A DNA stretch of 63,575 bases, the filler included, from an uncultured virus (IMG/VR IMGVR_UViG_2049941000_000092) (lineage: Duplodnaviria; Heunggongvirae; Uroviricota; Caudoviricetes). It is 5 parts of one record of this genome, joined end to end, with 100 filler letters (N's around TTAATTAATTAA, not from the genome) between each part and the next. Parts side by side here need not be neighbours in the genome. Positions count along the whole stretch, not along the records: positions 60,347 to 63,575 come from IMGVR_UViG_2049941000_000092; 4 more parts are not named here. One strand, given 5' to 3'. The notes below the pieces were generated by a model that did not search any database, was not told the origin of the DNA, and saw only the letters and a program-made list of their open reading frames with translations. Shown in pieces: positions 60,349 to 63,575 of this stretch (position 1 is its first letter; each line of letters begins with the position of its first letter). A program made the position numbers and the translations under genes.

Positions 60349-63300
60349 TTTGCAGCACAATTAAATGCACCAGAAGATTTTACATTATTAGATTTTTACG
60401 CGTATGGCCTTACTCCGAGTAACACCGGACTAAAGGATGCGAGTTATTACAAAGGAATTGATAAAGTAGTTGAACGATTTTCTGATGACGAAGGAAATTT
60501 TGATGAGAACGCATTTAATCAATTTTATGATAGTGCTAGAAGGGCATATAACGAATGAGCAAATACCGATTTTGCGGATACTATTGTAAAAAGTATTGCA
60601 AGAAGTCCAGAAGATATCTCCAGAATGGGTGATACAAACATCTGGGATACTAGTACAAAAGTATTCGAAGTAAACGATATGTGGCGACACCAGAGAGGCC
60701 TTGGTAATCTACGTGAAACCGGAAAGGAAAGTTATGATTATCGAGAGGTTGCTCAGGCTAATCGTGTTCACGACGCTGATGATAATGTCTTGGACTATAC
60801 ACCAAACGATAAGGGCGGTTTGTTCAAGGCATTATCAAGAAAGCCGATGTATATTGCTACTGACGAAAACGGTGTTCCGTTGCTAGACCCAGATACGGGA
60901 GATCCGTATTATAAGGAGCTTCGTGATGGAGAGAGTTCTTTTGGCAAAGAGATGCTCCATTACACAGACACCCTTACTGCTGAAGACACCTGGCTAAACA
61001 AATATGATTTCTTTGACAACGATAGTTTGGATAAGAGTGTTGCCGGTACAATTGCAAGAACAGTTACTATGGTCGCTCCATACTTGATTCCATATGTTGG
61101 TCCCGCTCTTGGTGCCATTGGTGCTGTATATGGACTTGCAAGATCACTACCAGTACTTGCTAAAGCTGTAAATGGTATTCTTACACACGATTCGGATAGT
61201 ACCGAATATGGTAAGAGACTTAATAACAGAATTGCGTTCTTCTCGCAATTTGACACGTCTAAGAGTAGACATTCGCTTGAAAATCAGTGGTCCTTTGAAA
61301 ATATCGGTGATATGATTGTTACTTCTGCGAAACAACTGTTTGAGCAGAGAACATTTACAAGAATTCCTGAAATCTTAAAACTTCCTTCAACGAAATTCAA
61401 TACAGGCTTGTTCGGATCCATGAGCCTTGGTTATATGGCATTAACGTCTGCAGAAAGCTCACTAGAAACCTTTAAGAAAGCCGGCATGTCTGATGTATCA
61501 GCAGGTGTTTCTATGCTTGCCTATACTGCTGCAATGTTCGGATTAATGCAGTCCAATTATTTTAAAGGCTGGTTATTCAGAAATACTTGGGTCAACGCAG
61601 CACCTGAAATAACAGACGCTCTTAAGAAACAGTCTGATATTGTAGCAGATGGAATTGCGCAGAGTGTTAAGGCTAGTAAGAAAGGACAGCATTTACTGAA
61701 ATTGGCTCCTACCGCAACGGAGAAAGAAGCTCAGAACCTATTTAAACGCGTATTCAATGCTACCAAACAGGCATGAACGGAAAAGAGTTTCGCTCCTATT
61801 AAGGCGTTAGATCTTGCAATACCCGGAAGCGTTGGCGCGATAAAGAATGTTGGTGGTGTATATGTACATCATGCATTAAACGAAGGTATTGAGGAAGTAA
61901 TGGAAGAGCAGGCTCTTGATGTCATCAAACTCGTTTCTCTCGGACTTGAACATCTTGGATATAAGATTTCTGACGATACTCATGATCAGCTTGAATTCGG
62001 ACTTACGTGGAACGACGCAATGCAACGATATGCAACGGCGTTTGTTGGTGGCGCTGTTGGTGGCGCTGTATTCCAAGGATTGGACGATTGGCATAGCAAA
62101 GTACTCAATAGTAATATTTCTAAATATACTGGCACAGGTGTCGATGGTGCACTTATCAGAGCAATTCAATTATATGGTGAAGATCGTACTATAGGTGAAT
62201 TAAATCGTCTATATAAGCGTGGTCTTGCTAATACAAATCTGTCCATGGATGGAAAATGAGTAAAAGATGCAACAGATCCATCCAAGGAAGTTTGGACGTG
62301 AGATGAGAAGGGAGACAAACCTAGCCAGAACGACGTTGTGTATAACGCCCTTAAGGTTAAGATCAAAGCTCTTGCGGAAATAATGAAAAAGAATCAGTTA
62401 CTTCTTACAGATGAAGAAGTTTTACGTAAGGTTCTTTCTCCCGAACAGTTTAAACAATTCGAAAATAGTGGCAATCCTATCATGGACCAACTCCGTAAGG
62501 AAGTTAAAGAGGGTGCCAAAAAAGAAGGAATTACTGAACAGGAATACCGTAAAAAGCATAAAATCAACAACTTTGAGGAATTTGCCAAACGCACTGGTTT
62601 TGCAAATATCATTCTTACCGATTTTGGTAATCTCGCACTCGATATCGTTGAGTTAGAACAAGAAATTGAAGGCCGCAAAGGATTCTTAACGGCTCAGTTC
62701 CCAGACACACGTTCTGCAGAACGAAACGAAGCCATTAACAAAGATCCGTTCATCAAAGACCTAGAGGAAAAAAAGAAACAGAAACAAGAACAGTTAGAAG
62801 CACTATTTAGTGGTAAAGCGGCATCTTATTACATAAGATATGCTCACTACGCTTCACATTCTGGTCTCGTTAGTTCGATGATTTCCGCTCAGGGCCCTAA
62901 CGTTCTCAGCAAAGATTCCTTTGCATTCTTAAGACATCGTACCACCTATAGTGATGCTGATGAAAACGAAAAGAAAATCATTGATAAAGAATACGAGAAC
63001 TATATTAAGTCCACAGGAATCGATGCTCTTCAACGCTCTAACGAACTATTCCAATATGCACAGGACTTGTTTACTCCTGTGTTACAACAGCAACTTGGCG
63101 ATATAACCGGTGTCAATCTTACATCTGATGTATATGGTCAAACGCTCGAACATCCTGAAAACGTAGATCCGTCTACTTTACTCGATCGTGCTACACGTAT
63201 CAACGTAAAGGCACTGGATGCCGAAAATCCGGATCTCGACGAACTATTCCAAAGTCTACACGGACAAATTGATATTATTATTAATTCTGGTATAGACGAG

Positions 63301-63575
63301 CTTGGCAACGCGTTAACGATCGGGCAACGTTATCATAAGTTACTCGACTTCGCAATAAATCAGTATAAGGCCATGAAAGAGCAGAACATCGTTGGTTTAG
63401 GTGCTGACGATTTTATCAAATATGCTTTTAAGGCCATCAGTCAAGATTTATCAAGACGCATTAATGCCGTTCCTGTTAATACGGAGGATTTTATCAAACA
63501 GACCCCTGTAATTCATGAATACGATTTGATGAAAAACGAATCGAATAATGAGGTGATTATCAAATTGTTTGAAAA
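60349..63575 (+). CDS. giant crAss virion cargo/ejection-type protein, partial at both ends, code 4
   Basis: Single open frame over 1070 codons with TGA at 60556, 61774, 62257 and 62299; EGIEEVMEE and FVGGAVGG motifs with hydrophobic helices. Confidence 0.75.

Noticed and set aside
9591..63575. Mass pseudogenisation or selenocysteine as the cause of broken ORFs
   Set aside because: Interruptions are only TGA, occur in essential genes and align with Trp rather than Cys
1..63575. CRISPR array, integrase, rRNA, major capsid or RNA polymerase genes
   Set aside because: No repeat-spacer periodicity or recognisable motifs seen; these may lie outside the window or in gaps

Overview
A gapped, partly mis-ordered scaffold (five contigs joined by N-TTAATTAATTAA-N linkers) of a crAss-like (Crassvirales) Bacteroidota phage. 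The left ~9.5 kb is a minus-strand, higher-GC, early-type region. It holds an SPFH protein, a tRNA(CAU), small unknown genes, more than 1.5 kb of ORF-poor hairpin-rich DNA and a hammerhead-ribozyme core. The rest is the AT-rich late and structural region: polyvalent-type proteins, LysM, tail lysozyme/M15 peptidase, endolysin, PD-(D/E)XK nuclease, GroES-like, TerL, portal, giant tail protein, BACON, Stealth, metallophosphoesterase, CotH/LRR giant protein and a large cargo-like protein. The supplied ORF track fragments these late genes because in-frame TGA encodes Trp (code 4). TGA falls at conserved Trp positions and aligns with TGG in internal repeats, while the early genes contain no in-frame TGA. 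CDS coordinates from 9.6 kb onward are my code-4 re-annotations. Product calls come from motif recognition by eye, not database searches.
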